DNA of 62,920 bases, counting the filler, from Octopus bimaculoides (lineage: Eukaryota): assembly GCF_001194135.2 (NCBI RefSeq). It is 6 parts of 6 records of this genome, joined end to end, with 100 filler letters (N's around TTAATTAATTAA, not from the genome) between each part and the next. Parts side by side here need not be neighbours in the genome. Positions count along the whole stretch, not along the records: positions 14,625 to 37,596 come from NC_068990.1; positions 37,697 to 57,730 come from NC_068983.1; 4 more parts are not named here. The stretch is one strand, 5' to 3'. A program made the position numbers and the translations under genes. Under the pieces are notes generated by a model that did not search any database, had not been told where the DNA came from, and saw nothing but the letters and a program-made list of their open reading frames with translations. Below, in pieces: positions 26,109 to 38,744 of this stretch. How positions within the stretch are numbered: position 1 is the stretch's first letter; each line of letters starts with the position of its first letter.

Positions 26109-27330
26109 AAGGCAGTGAGCTGGTAGAATCATTAGCATGCTGGGCAAAATGCTTAGTGGTGTTTTGTCTGTCTTTATGTTCTGAGTTCAAATTCCACCGA
26201 GGTTAACTTTGCCTTTCATCTTTTCAGGGTCGATAAAATAAGCATTAGTTGAGGACTGAGATAGATGTAATTGACCTACCTCCTCCCCCAAACTTGCTGG
26301 CCATGTGCCAAAATTTGAAACCAGTATTTTACAGGTATTATGTTCAAAGTAGGCATTCCTCTATTAACATTGTGTTTGACATAGCTTTTATTTGTATTGT
26401 TTGTCATATTTTGTGTGGCAAGAAGGCAGTGAGATGGTAGAATTGTTAACTGGGTGAAATGCTTAGTGGTATTTTGCCTGTCTCTACGTTCTTAGGTCAA
26501 CTTTGCTTTTCATCCTTTCGGGGTTGATTAAATAATTACCAGTTATGCACTGGACTTGATCTAATCAACTGGTTCCTTCCCCAAAAATTTCAGGCCTTGT
26601 ACCCATAGTAGAAAGGATATTTTGTGTGGCTGGATCAAAACTGAAATGGTGTTGATATGAGGCTTGCTCTGATAGTTTATTTTCAGTTGGTGTTGGGTCA
26701 GTGATTCCTCAGCTGGCAGAACCGTTAGAGTGTCAGATAAATTGACTTATGGATTTCCTCGACTCTTTACAATTTAAGTTCAACTTTTGCTGGGATCAAA
26801 TTTTCCTTTCATTCCTCTGGGGTTGAAAAAGAACAAGTTAAATACTGGGGATAACGATGTCAAGTTATCTCTTCCCTTCAAAACTGCAGGCCTTGTGCCT
26901 AAGTGTGAAGCTTTTCTTATTATTATTCTCAAATTCTGTGGAGATCAACTTTGCTTTTTGTCATTTTGCAGCCAATAAAATAATTACCAGTCAAGTACTA
27001 GGGTTGATGTAATCAACATACATCTCTCCTCAAAAATTGCTGGCCTTGTGCAAAAATTCGAAACTACTACTGCTGCTACTGCTATTAGTGTTGAAGTTGA
27101 AATTGCCATTGTTGTTAATTATATAGAGTAGTTAATTTTATAATTATATAGATTAGCAGAACCCTTAGAGCAATGGACAAATTGCTTTGTAGTACATGTT
27201 CAAATCCTGCTAAGGCCCCCTTTATCCTTCTGGGGTTGATAGAATAAAGTATTTGTCAGGTACTAGGATTGATTTAATTGACTAATAACCTCTCCCACTA
27301 AATGTGTTGCTTTGCACCATGTTGGAAATG
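26109..27330 (+). mobile_element. Cluster of five co-oriented SINE family B copies
   Basis: Copies at about 26109-26330, 26420-26616 (14 bp TSD ATATTTTGTGTGGC), 26710-26925, 26928-27070 and 27150-27330. Confidence 0.85.
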
Positions 27331-27647
27331 ATTGTCTTTATTATAGAAATGTAAACTTTAAGTCTTGATTTTTACTGAACCTTTTCACTATCACATTTTT
27401 ATATTTTCCATTTTGTGAAGAATAACATCTTTGGTTACTTGTTTCTACTGGGAAATTGCTGGTGTCAAGAGCTTTTCACTAAGGAAATCTATTGCATATC
27501 AAATATCACATTCTGCTGCTAATCAGATAATCACTACCAGTGTCTAAATGCATTGGTGACACTGACCAAAAGGACTGGCGTGAGTGGTTGGAGATGGAAC
27601 ACTAGAACACTTCCCCTGTTTTCTTCAAGGCAGCAGGAAGGACTTAA

Positions 27648-27861
27648 CTGTTTAGCATTCTGATGTCAAATGTAGTGCTTATTTATTCACAGTGTTTTGA
27701 ATTAATCATGCATCATCTTATAGCTTTGAGATGTCAACGATGTGATTGTTTATTTTTAGAATGACATTGTAAGTTAGATGTGAGAGGCTGGATCTGGCTG
27801 GTTTCTACATAAAACAGGTAGAATATTTTTGCTCATTATGGTTAGCTTAAATACTAAAGAG
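27648..27861. mobile_element. piggyBac-type MITE
   Basis: TTAA on both flanks; ends CTGTTTAGCATT / TACTAAAGAG; body colinear with 50141-50356. Confidence 0.75.
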
Positions 27862-29249
27862 TTAAACATTTAGTTTGGTTAAGAGGGATAGATTAGAGTT
27901 TAGCATCTTAACTTTAGTGTAACTCCCAAGAAAGGATACTAACCACTGGCTATTCAATTTCTAGTCTAACACATTATTGATCCTGTCAGCAAGTTATAGT
28001 AGCATTAGATAAATTATATTAACCTTTACTGTTTTTTTTTTCAATAGGTAGTGTTTGTCCATAAATTTTGAAATACCTAAGAGAATAAATTACTTAAATC
28101 TTTTGGTTGTATATGTAATATTTTTGGTTGATATCTCAAATAACTTAATATCTAATAGGGAATCCATTAACAGATAGTAATTTATGTACTCTTACAATAT
28201 TAATAAACAAATAATTGACTTATTTCATGTACCATCGTTTTAATGTATCTTGGTGGTGAGCCATGTTGCTATTAAAATGTACCTTTCAGCATCAGCAAAA
28301 TGAAGTTATCATTTTCGTGCATTTTACTCAAGTAAATTATTTCATCTTGTTTTGCAAATGTTTACAAAGTGCACCACTGCATGGATGAAAATTTTAACCT
28401 TTTCTTCTGTAGATGAAAAACAGAATTATCTCATTATTGGATTTTTCTTGCTACAGATATTAATTTTTGCTACCACATATCAACACTGATGTTAAAATAT
28501 ATATGAGAAACAACTTAGGGGTAATTATTTTATTTCTGTGAAGAGCCAATCTGATTTCAAATTATAAAAATCATTCTTATTCCAAATTGTATCCTTAGAA
28601 TAACTGGTATTTAACTGACCTTCATTGAATTTAAGTTGATCTTGGTGTACTTTATACTGAAAAAAGTGTAGCTAGTAAAGTATAGAATATTCACTTCAAT
28701 GAATTCAATAGTCTTATATATGCACTGAATTCAACCTCTGTAGGACAATCTATTGTGTCTCTTCTAACAATTTACACCATTTTCTTGGTGGCTTCTGCGT
28801 AATAATATGCTAAGAAGAAGTGATAATTCTTCAGAACATGACAACACATACTCATTTGAAAAGGTCCCTTTTGTGATAACTACCTATTCACTCTTTTAAG
28901 GAACTGTTATCTTCGATTTTTATTGCTGCATACAAAGATAAATGCAGCATCATTCTTTATTGAAGTATTATATATTAATGGATAATTAATTCCCGAAAAA
29001 CCGCTGTGTTTATTGTATAAACTGTAGATATAGAAGTTGGCATTGGTTTAATTTTTAAAAATTTAAATTTTAAGCAGGTGTGATTACTTTCCAAAAGATC
29101 AAATGGGATTTATTAAAAAAAAAAAAGAAGCCTTTTTCTATTCGAGAGTAATGAAATAACTGAATTACTTAATTTTGTCTAATTTTTATGCATTTTGTGT
29201 TTATTTTTATCAGCTACTACAGAATGAAAAGACATGCACTTTTAGTAGC

Positions 29250-30086
29250 CTTTAATCTAAAACTTGTTATCATAAGTTATTTAATTCAACTCAGATTCAA
29301 CTCTTCTCCCTTTGCATGTAACATCTCCATCCAAACTGACCTGGTGCACAATCCTATGATAACTATTTTTTTTCCGATTATTTTCCTCTCCAAATGATAG
29401 AATTCTATCCTTGCCAAATTTTTGCTACTGAAATTCCAACTTCACACCAACTGCACCAACCTCACCAGTCTGGGAGAGCTTTCAAAGTTCATAGTTGCTG
29501 TTCCTCTTTCTCCTACTAAATACTAAAACAAAAGACAACATCTTGATTCGAGGATTAGGATGAAAATGATGGAGAGAACAACTGAATTTTATGAACTCCC
29601 ATTAGTAATTTAATATCAGAACTCATATTCCTTATTTTGACATTGCTTTTAGCCTTCTCACTCATGTCTTGATTCAAGTCAAAATCAATTGTCTCTTGCA
29701 CAATAATTGATTTCCTCATGTCTTCTATTGCTACTTTATCTGTTCTCTACCTGTTGATAGTTCTTCATTACTATGTACATGTCATGTGTTTAAACAGTAT
29801 CTTCATAAGAATTATGACCATCTGTTGTAAATACTATAGCTTATGTTTTATAAAATCATTTACATTAGACACTCCACAGTTCATAGATATTGTTCCTCAT
29901 CCTATGAGAACATGTTTTGTTCCTAAGTTTCTCTTATATAAACAACTGCTTTTCACAGTTTTTAAGTTACCCATTAATTTTGGAGAGAGTTCTTTTGCTG
30001 CCAACAGAAAGAACAATTCTTCCAGCCACTTCAAATCATATTCTGCTATTGTGTTCAGACCTACTCCCAACCCACTTGTTGTGTAG
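29250..30086 (-). mobile_element. Possible very old RTE RT remnant
   Basis: EKAKSNVKIRNMSSDIKLLMGVH..SVVLSIIFILILE, loosely matching the GVHQGSVLSP region; many stops. Confidence 0.3.
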
Positions 30087-31489
30087 AGACATTTATTTGA
30101 AGTTGTTTGAAATATAGGGTCACAAATGTATGTTTACTTTTAAATTAACTCTTATAATCCCATAGTGTTTTTTCTAAATAAATTTCTCAGTCCTAAAAAT
30201 ATAATCATTTGGATGAAAATTGCTGGTACAATAGAAAAATCATTGGTGTACATTGTGAGTGTGGGTTTTACTTGTTAACAGTGATATTTACTTGTTTTCA
30301 TGTCAGTTTCATGAGCCTAGCTATGTTGAATATTGGTAAGTTGATTATGCATCTATGTTATATACAAGAAACTGATTCCTGGTCTTTAGTTTCCAATCTC
30401 AGAGCTAAAATTTGTGTGCCGGTTTAAGTAACTTCGAAACTGCATTCCTATTAGATTCCAAGAGTGACCTTCATCTCCTTCATTGAAATGTTTTGTCAGC
30501 CCTAACAAATAAACATTATTTACTTGATACAATAATTACACTCTCTTCATAAAATTATCTGTATGCAGAGATTCTACATTTAAAACATATCAGTAAATTA
30601 ATACTTTCAATTTTTTTTTTAACAAAAGCATTGATGCAATATCAACTGTATGATAACTCCACTCCTATTCAGAATCAATCAATCTCAATATTTCTTAGAT
30701 AGCTGCTGTGTACAGATGACACTGATATATCATTTTGTTTTCTCCAAATCCAAGCTTTCTCTTTCTCTAGTTAAATTATACATATATCAGTAACAAATAA
30801 TATTACTGAAATTCTAATTCAATGCTTGAGGTATTAACTTCCATGATGTTCACAAATCAAAGGAAGAAAAATTTGGAGAAATCCACTTAGTAAAGTACAA
30901 AAAATAAACAGGCATGATGCAAACAGGAAGTCTTTTGACAGGAAGTTCTTTCTAAGATGAGGCAAGAGTTTGTTTCTCATACAGATAAGTTCAAGTTTTC
31001 AATCCCAAACAACAACAACACTATTTGAAGTAATGAATTATGTATGATTTAGGACTTGGCAACAAATGTGGTTACTTGCAGTATAGAACTTTAAGAGTTA
31101 AACTTCTATATTTCAAACTTCTTTCACAGCCTATAGTTTGATTGTGTGCTGAGAGCCAGGTTGTCTTAACTTCATATCATATCAAAGTCCTTACATGCCA
31201 TCTGGTGTTGAATACTTTCATTCTTGATTTATGAATTATGATGAAAAGAAGTAGCTTAGAACTGAATTTTAGTGATACTAGTTATTTAATATCTATACAA
31301 ATATCTATTCTGAGAGTTAAGTGTCTGAGACGAGTTGTTGAGAAAATTATAATTTTCAGATTTTCAATCTTATCTTTAGAGATGAAGACTTTTTAATACA
31401 TCTACATGTGCTGATGTAAATATTAAAGCATGCTATATCTCTAAAGATATAGTAGATTATCTGAAAAATTATAATTTTATTCCCTGGTC

Positions 31490-31720
31490 ATATTGCTCAT
31501 CTTGCTTTTAACTTTCTCATTCAGGTCTTAAACCTTATTCAGGTGCCATTCATCCACACCAAGCTCTTTCATTGCACATGCCATATTACAGGCTGTTACT
31601 TCACTAGAAATCAATATAATAAGAATCAGCCTTGTGCTTCCTGTAGAATTTTGATCCACCGGATTAATTTCTGATACATTTCATGTATATGATATTCTCT
31701 GTTCATGCATCAGCTGCTTT
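31490..31720 (-). mobile_element. Possible very old RTE RT remnant
   Basis: AMKELGVDEWHLNKV*DLNEKVKSKMS aligns by eye with SMRKLGINEWLVKAVQAMYRDAVCKVS of the 23.9 kb RTE. Confidence 0.4.
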
Positions 31721-32199
31721 TATAAATGCATTATCAATTCCAATTGGTTAACCAACATGAATATATTTTTCTTGAAGTTTAAGATTAGAAGGAAAGTTCA
31801 TTCTATTTTCATAGCATTTTAAGATTTCTCCTTTCATTGAAGATTCTAAAATTTTTTTGATAGTCTTGCACAAGTTAAGCTTCTTAATTTTTCTGACCTC
31901 TTATAAAAATATCACTGAGTTTAAGTACCATGAACAACTGACATTTAACAAATTTTTGAAAGTGGTTTGAAGTTAATCATGTAAAACACAGTATTTCTAA
32001 CAATTCAGTTTCAGGGACATTTATTGCACGCCAGCTATATGTGTATGAAGTTGCTGTTGTTAAGTGGAATTGGTACGACAATCATAATGTATGTACTATG
32101 AATGCTTATTTCTCAACACAGGGAATGTATTCTTTTTTCATGAAGAAGCTTAACTATTATTTGAGGATGATCAAATGTAGAGCACTTGAAATCATCTGT

Positions 32200-32340
32200 C
32201 TTTTATCTTTTACTTGTTTCAGTCATTACATTGTGGCCATACTGGGGCACTACCCTGAAGAATTTTAGTTGAATGAATTGACTCCAATACTTATTTTTCC
32301 TTTTTAAGCTTGGTACTTATTCTGTCTGTCTCATTTGGTA
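32200..32340 (-). mobile_element. SINE family A 3' fragment
   Basis: CTTTTACTTGTTTCAGTCATT..GGCCATACTGGGGCAC is the reverse complement of the family A tail. Confidence 0.75.
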
Positions 32341-33415
32341 AAACTTGATGCAATATCTCTGCTTGATGCATTTGGTGAAAGCAAAAATCTGCCAAGTGTG
32401 CACTACACGTCTGTACTCTAGGTGTAACAACTGGGAACTGACACAGCTTACTGGTGTGAAAAGTTTCATGCATGCACGGAAGAGTGGTGTCATCTCCCAC
32501 CCAAAGGATTTTGCCCACACCACATTAGTTTTGGTGGGAAAAGATAAAGTCTGATGCTTTTTGAACACACCTTATATATCAGTACAAAAAAAAGACACAC
32601 AATTAAGAAAATGGTGATGGTGATGGTGGCAGTGGTGGTGGTAGTAGTAGTGGTGGTGGTGGTGGTTACTATGGCCAGGAAGTAGGGAAGAAATCATGAT
32701 GGGGTATCAAACTAAATACTGCACAAAATTTTCTTTCACTCTTGTTGCATTCACTATTCTATCCAACATTACTATATATTAGTTGCAAATATGTGCAGGA
32801 GTTAATTCAGTTAAACTATATCGTTTCAAATTTGTGGCTTTATGCCAACATAAAAAAAAAAAAAAAAATTCTGATTATTATTAGTATAACCAATGGAAAC
32901 CAAACATCGAACTTTCAATTAATATACTCCAGAGAGTACAGCTTATGGCTCTGCGTGTAAATCCTAAAGGTACAGAAAATAGGATTTCTACATGATGGAA
33001 GAATTCATGCTAGTGGTTTGACAGTTGATTTAAATTTTTAAAATGTGTGTGTAAACAACATCTCCACACTTGAATGACAGTTATTTTCAGCTCCTGTCTG
33101 ACAGTTAAGTATATAAATGAATTTAAACAATTAACAAATATAACTGCTAGCATGGAAAATGGACATTAAATGATGATGATGAACAAAACAAACTTTTCTA
33201 TAAGCTACTTTAAAATGGACTTAGCATATCTAATATGAATGTTCCTTATTCATATTTTTACCTCTCAACACAATTCTATAGAAAACTGAAGTAGAAAGCT
33301 TACAGGTAAATCAAATATAGAAAAATGATATTATAAATATAAGGATAATAGAAAGTAGATTTCATTAAAAAACAACTCATTTCATATGTAAAATTTAAAC
33401 ATTTCAGTTGTTTAA

Positions 33416-33463
<48 letters not shown>

Positions 33464-34219
33464 NNNNNNNNNNNNNNNNNNNNNNNNNNNNNNNNNNNNN
33501 NNNNNNNNNNNNNNNNNNNNNNNNNNNNNNNNNNNNNNNNNNNNNNNNNNNNNNNNNNNNNNNNNNNNNNNNNNNNNNNNNNNNNNNNNNNNNNNNNNNN
33601 NNNNNNNNNNNNNNNNNNNNNNNNNNNNNNNNNNNNNNNNNNNNNNNNNNNNNNNNNNNNNNNNNNNNNNNNNNNNNNNNNNNNNNNNNNNNNNNNNNNN
33701 NNNNNNNNNNNNNNNNNNNNNNNNNNNNNNNNNNNNNNNNNNNNNNNNNNNNNNNNNNNNNNNNNNNNNNNNNNNNNNNNNNNNNNNNNNNNNNNNNNNN
33801 NNNNNNNNNNNNNNNNNNNNNNNNNNNNNNNNNNNNNNNNNNNNNNNNNNNNNNNNNNNNNNNNNNNNNNNNNNNNNNNNNNNNNNNNNNNNNNNNNNNN
33901 NNNNNNNNNNNNNNNNNNNNNNNNNNNNNNNNNNNNNNNNNNNNNNNNNNNNNNNNNNNNNNNNNNNNNNNNNNNNNNNNNNNNNNNNNNNNNNNNNNNN
34001 NNNNNNNNNNNNNNNNNNNNNNNNNNNNNNNNNNNNNNNNNNNNNNNNNNNNNNNNNNNNNNNNNNNNNNNNNNNNNNNNNNNNNNNNNNNNNNNNNNNN
34101 NNNNNNNNNNNNNNNNNNNNNNNNNNNNNNNNNNNNNNNNNNNNNNNNNNNNNNNNNNNNNNNNNNNNNNNNNNNNNNNNNNNNNNNNNNNNNNNNNNNN
34201 NNNNNNNNNNNNNNNNNNN

Positions 34220-34251
<32 letters not shown>

Positions 34252-34688
34252 CATACAATCAAAACAAAATACAAATACAATTATTAGCCACTTTCAAATT
34301 TATTTTTCAATTATGAAATTGCTTATGAAAAAAAGATTAGAAATAATTTTAATGCATGATGAAAATGGCTTTTAAAGAGAAAGACAATGGTGGGCCTCTT
34401 TTTTTTTAATACAAAGGATTACCTTTCTCATTTTCTCAGTTGGTCTGAGGAGTATAAAAAATTTAAACAAGTAATAGTATTCTGAAAATGGAAATCTCTT
34501 GAACAATTCCTTAATATCACTTCAAAACTTTAATGGCAAATATCATGAAATGCATTTTCAAGTGTAACATATAGAAATAATGCTAACAGATTTTAGTTTA
34601 ATAAAAATTAATGTTACTAAAACAATCATAAATTCATATTTGGTGTGTAATGATACAGAAGTGACTTTTGCTTTGTCTTCATCTAGCC

Positions 34689-34900
34689 CAGGGGTTCTTA
34701 ACCATTTTTTTTACCTATGTGGTCCCTTTGATTACTATTATATTCTGGTGGACCCCTGTAGCCATTTGAATTTTAGAAACTAATTTTACAGATGATTCTT
34801 TCAAACTTCCTATTTTGTTTTTCCATATATTAACTTGTGTAGGTTGAACTATGTAAACTGTTAGAGAAAGAAGCCTAGCTGTTTCTTGCAATACATACCA

Positions 34901-34977
<77 letters not shown>

Positions 34978-35471
34978 TTAACGTCTTTTTTCCACATTGG
35001 TATGGGTTGGATAGTTTGACAGGAACTAACCAGCTGAAGAGCTATTCTGGTTCCATGTCTGTTTTAGCATAGTTTCTACAGTTATGTGTCTTTCCTAATG
35101 CCAGCCACTTTACAGAGTGTACTGGGTGCTTTTATGCAGCATCAGCACAGGTGCTTTTTAAGTGGCACCAGCACCTGTGAGCCCACAAAATTAGGGATGC
35201 TCAGCTGGAGAGGATTACAGGGGATGAGCCTGTATGCAAAGGCAATCACGCTTTTACTTAGCTTGACAGATGAATCTGTATGCAAGGGCAACCACACTTT
35301 TACTAAGCTTTCAAGACCTGATGAAAATAAGATACAATTTCTTTAGCAGAATTCTTTTCAGGGCTCTCAGAATATTATTGTAGATTCCCATTTTACTATT
35401 TTGTTGTGTGGACCCCACAAAATCTTATATGGACCCTCAGGGGCCATATGGACCTTCGTTGAGAACCACTG
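34689..35471. mobile_element. hAT (Charlie-type) MITE
   Basis: Ends CAGGGGTTCTTAAC / GTTGAGAACCACTG; 8 bp TSD ATCTAGCC / ATCTAGCT. Confidence 0.85.
34940..35200 (-). mobile_element. Retroposon 3' end with (ATG)n tail, nested inside the hAT MITE
   Basis: (CAT)n run followed by TTTCCTAATGCCAGCCACTTTACAGAGTGTACTGGGTGC, recalled as an RTE-type tail. Confidence 0.5.
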
Positions 35472-35559
35472 ATCTAGCTTCTAGGAGGCACTTAACAATA
35501 TTTGAATTTAAAACTGCTGAACTATTATAGATTGTAGTAGAAATAGTAGAGTAGAAATA

Positions 35560-35968
35560 GGCATAGGAGTGGCTGTGTGGTAAGTAGCTTGCTTACCAAC
35601 CACATGGTTCCGGGTTCAGTCCCACTGTGTGGCATCTTGGGCAAGTGTCTTCTACTATAGCCTCGGGCTGACCAAAGCCTTGTGAGTGGATTTGGTAGAC
35701 GGAAACTGAAAGAAGCCTGTCGTATATATGTATATATATATATATATGTATGTATGTGTTTGTGTGTCTGTGTTTGTCCCCCCAACATCGCTTGACAACC
35801 GATGCTGGTGTGTTTACATCCCCATAACTTAGCGGTTCAGCAAAAAAGACCGATAGAATAAGTACTAGGCTTCCAAAGAATAAGTCCTGGGGTCGATTGA
35901 CTCGACTAAAGGCGGTGCTCCAGCATGGGCACAGTCAAAAGACTGAAACAAGTGAAGGAGTAAAGAGT
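35560..35968 (+). mobile_element. SINE family A, full length
   Basis: A-box TGGCTGTGTGG, B-box GGTTCAGTCCC, CORE-like CTTGGGCAAGTG, internal TA/TG microsatellite, tail; probably one of the published octopus OR-type SINEs. Confidence 0.9.
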
Positions 35969-36189
35969 ATCAAATAGTGTCTTGTCATATCCCTTTTACA
36001 GTTAGGGTTGAAATCTAAGTCTACTAAAAGCTGCAGTAGATTTAGCTTTTATGATGCTCAGCAGAATAAAATAGGTATCAGTCATGTGCTGGAGTGATGG
36101 GAGGCAATTGAATTAAATTACTCACCTCCCCACAAATTAGTGTTACGAATAGAGCTTTTGTGGGCATGTGTTGAAAATAGAATTGAGGA

Positions 36190-36345
36190 TGCTGTGAGGT
36201 AAGCAGTTTGCTTTTCAACCACATAATTCCAGGTTCAGTACCACTGTGTAGCAGCTAAGGCAAGTGTCTTCTACAATAGCCTCAGGCTGTCCAAAGCTTT
36301 GTGAGTGGATTTAGTAGACGGAAACTGAAAAAAACCCATCATACA
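36190..36345 (+). mobile_element. SINE family A 5' half
   Basis: Colinear with 35570-35725; interrupted by the Tc1 element. Confidence 0.8.
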
Positions 36346-36349
36346 TATA

Positions 36350-37567
36350 CACAGACACAACAGAAGTAAAACATTGTTTTATGTTCTAGCTTGTAATGGT
36401 TTATATTTTTTATTAATTGGCATTTTCATGTTTCAGTTTCTATGTGTGACTGTTTAATCATGCCATGTACAAAAGAAGCCTTGGAATTGTCTGAATTTCA
36501 AAGAGGCCATATTGCAGGTAATTCAGAAGGTGGACATAGACAGCATTATATCACAGAAAACTTTGGGATCCCGCTTTCTACAGTTAATGGAGTGATTGTT
36601 TAATTCACCAAAGAGGGGAAGGAGTTCACATCATCTCGCCTCGAACAACCAGGGCCCTCTGACAGGACCCTTCTCTTTGTTAAGAGAAGTGTGGAGGATA
36701 ATCCTCATTGCAAAGCCTCTAACATAACAGAACAAGTTGATGTCAGTCCCAGAAAAGCTGTCAGGTATGTCCACAAACTTGGTTACTATGGCAGATCAGC
36801 AAGCAGGAAGCCACTTCTTCGACCAGTCAACATCAAGCGGAGAAAAGATTGTGCCAGTGAGATGGTTGAGAGGCTACTAGCATTTTGAGACATTGTCATA
36901 TTCTCTGATGAGTCCAGATTTGTTGCATTTCCTGACAGTAGTCTGTGATCAAGAATTTAATGTGTAAAGATTGCAGCCAACAATGAAACACGACGGGTAC
37001 TCTGTGATGGTCTGGGGATCGATTTGGAGCAATGGTTGATCAGAGCTGGTGGAGTGTGGGGAAAACATAAACTCAGATAAATATGTGTCTATATTGCAGA
37101 AAGGACTCCTTCCAATCTTCTCCAGTGGTGAAATGATTGAAGGAGACTCTTTATTTATAGAAGATGGGGCTCTTTGTCACATGGCTAAAATGACCCAAGA
37201 TTTGTTGGATTAGGATGGCATTAAAAAGCTTTCACAGTCAAGCCAGTCACCAGATATGAACCCTATTGAACACCTCTGGGACATAATGGACAAGACACTT
37301 CATAAAAAGAACAAGAAAGCATCTTCAAAGCCAGATCTTTTGAGATGACTGCATGAAACTTGGTAAGAAATTTTGCAAGAGAATATTCATCATCTGATTG
37401 ATAACATACCTAATAGGGTCGTTGCAGTGAAAAATGCAAAGGGCATGTCTACTAAATATTAAATATTCACACTTATAACAATTAATAAATTATTTGAATA
37501 TATAATTTCTGATTTAAATAAATTCTAATGATTATAAGGGTGTCTATTTACTTCTGCCATGTGTGTG
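36350..37567 (+). mobile_element. Tc1-family DNA transposon
   Basis: Contains the transposase relic; partial inverted ends CAGAAGTAAA (36361) / TTTACTTCTG (37546). Confidence 0.85.
36460..37462 (+). pseudogene. Tc1 DD34E transposase, near full length with stops and a deletion
   Basis: [35 protein letters not shown](34 aa)SPDMNPIEHLW..AKGMSTKY*. Confidence 0.92.
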
Positions 37568-37596
37568 CGTACATATATTTATACATACATACATAC

Positions 37597-37696
37597 NNNN
37601 NNNNNNNNNNNNNNNNNNNNNNNNNNNNNNNNNNNNNNNNTTAATTAATTAANNNNNNNNNNNNNNNNNNNNNNNNNNNNNNNNNNNNNNNNNNNN
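37597..37696. other. Artificial scaffold spacer
   Basis: 44N + TTAATTAATTAA (37641-37652) + 44N. Confidence 0.95.
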
Positions 37697-37758
<62 letters not shown>

Positions 37759-38135
37759 CTTCTCTTTTCACAGATTGAGGTCAACGTTTCAAACCTTCTA
37801 ATTTAACTTACTGTATTTTGTTTTGTTTGCTTGTTTTTTTCTTTTACTTGACTATTGTGGTCTGATTTCTTCTTCATTTTGTGTCAGCATATCGTGTCAT
37901 CGTTTCCTGATACTATTTATTGTCGCTACTATGATATCAGAGTCTTCCATCGAGCCCTTCGATGCCATTGTTATTTTTGCTGCTGCGGTGGGGGTTGGGG
38001 TGTTGGTGGTGTTGGTGGTCTTTGTCGTCGTCGTTGTCTTCCCCTTCCTTAAAATCCTCCTCGTATACCCCTTCTTCTTCCTCCGCGTCATCGTCGTCGT
38101 CGTCATCATTTTTGTTTTTCTTTGCTTAGTTATTT

Positions 38136-38169
<34 letters not shown>

Positions 38170-38174
38170 GATAA

Positions 38175-38390
38175 TATCAAACCTTTATTCTAAAGGCACA
38201 AGGCCTGATGTTTTGGATGGGAGGGGACTAGTCGATTATTCGACCCCAGTAATTCACTGGTACTTAAATCATCGACCCCAAAAGGATGAAAAGCAAAGTC
38301 AAGCTCGACGGAATTTGAACTCACAACGTAGCAAGGGGCGTAATACTGCTAAGCATTTCGTGCAACGTGCTAACGATTCTGTCGGCTTAA
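38175..38390 (-). mobile_element. SINE family B
   Basis: Reverse complement of the 7895 copy. Confidence 0.85.
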
Positions 38391-38398
38391 TAATAATA

Positions 38399-38744
38399 AA
38401 CTGAGCAAATATAAAGATCTTGAAATAGAAATTAGCAAAATGTGGAATCTGAAGACGAAAACAATACCTATTGTCATAGGTGCCCTGGGAATGACAGCGA
38501 AACGGGCTGATTACTACCTAGATCAGATTCCAGGAAACCCCAAAATGGCTGAAGTTCAAAAGATAGTGCTCATGGGAACTGCCCATATCCTACGTAAAAT
38601 ACTGTCTATGTGATCTCAAATTNNNNNNNNNNGTCTCTGGGTGAGACTTGGATCCAACTTGTACAAATGCAAAACAAAAGTCAAACATAAAATAATAATA
38701 ATAATGATAATAATAATAATAATGATAATAATAATAATAATAAT
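38399..38744 (+). mobile_element. R4/Dong-like non-LTR element, 5'-truncated copy 1 with (AAT)n tail
   Basis: KLSKYKDLEIEISKMWNLKTKTIPIVIGALG..VLMGTAHILRKILSM* (RLE C-terminus); 3' end identical to copy 2. Confidence 0.85.

Noticed and set aside
35560-35640. SINE heads as tRNA genes
   Set aside because: A and B boxes are present, but there is no full cloverleaf and each continues into a SINE body
37823-38404. 193 aa hydrophobic ORF resembling a membrane protein
   Set aside because: It is built from (GTC/GTT/CTA)n low-complexity sequence plus an antisense SINE
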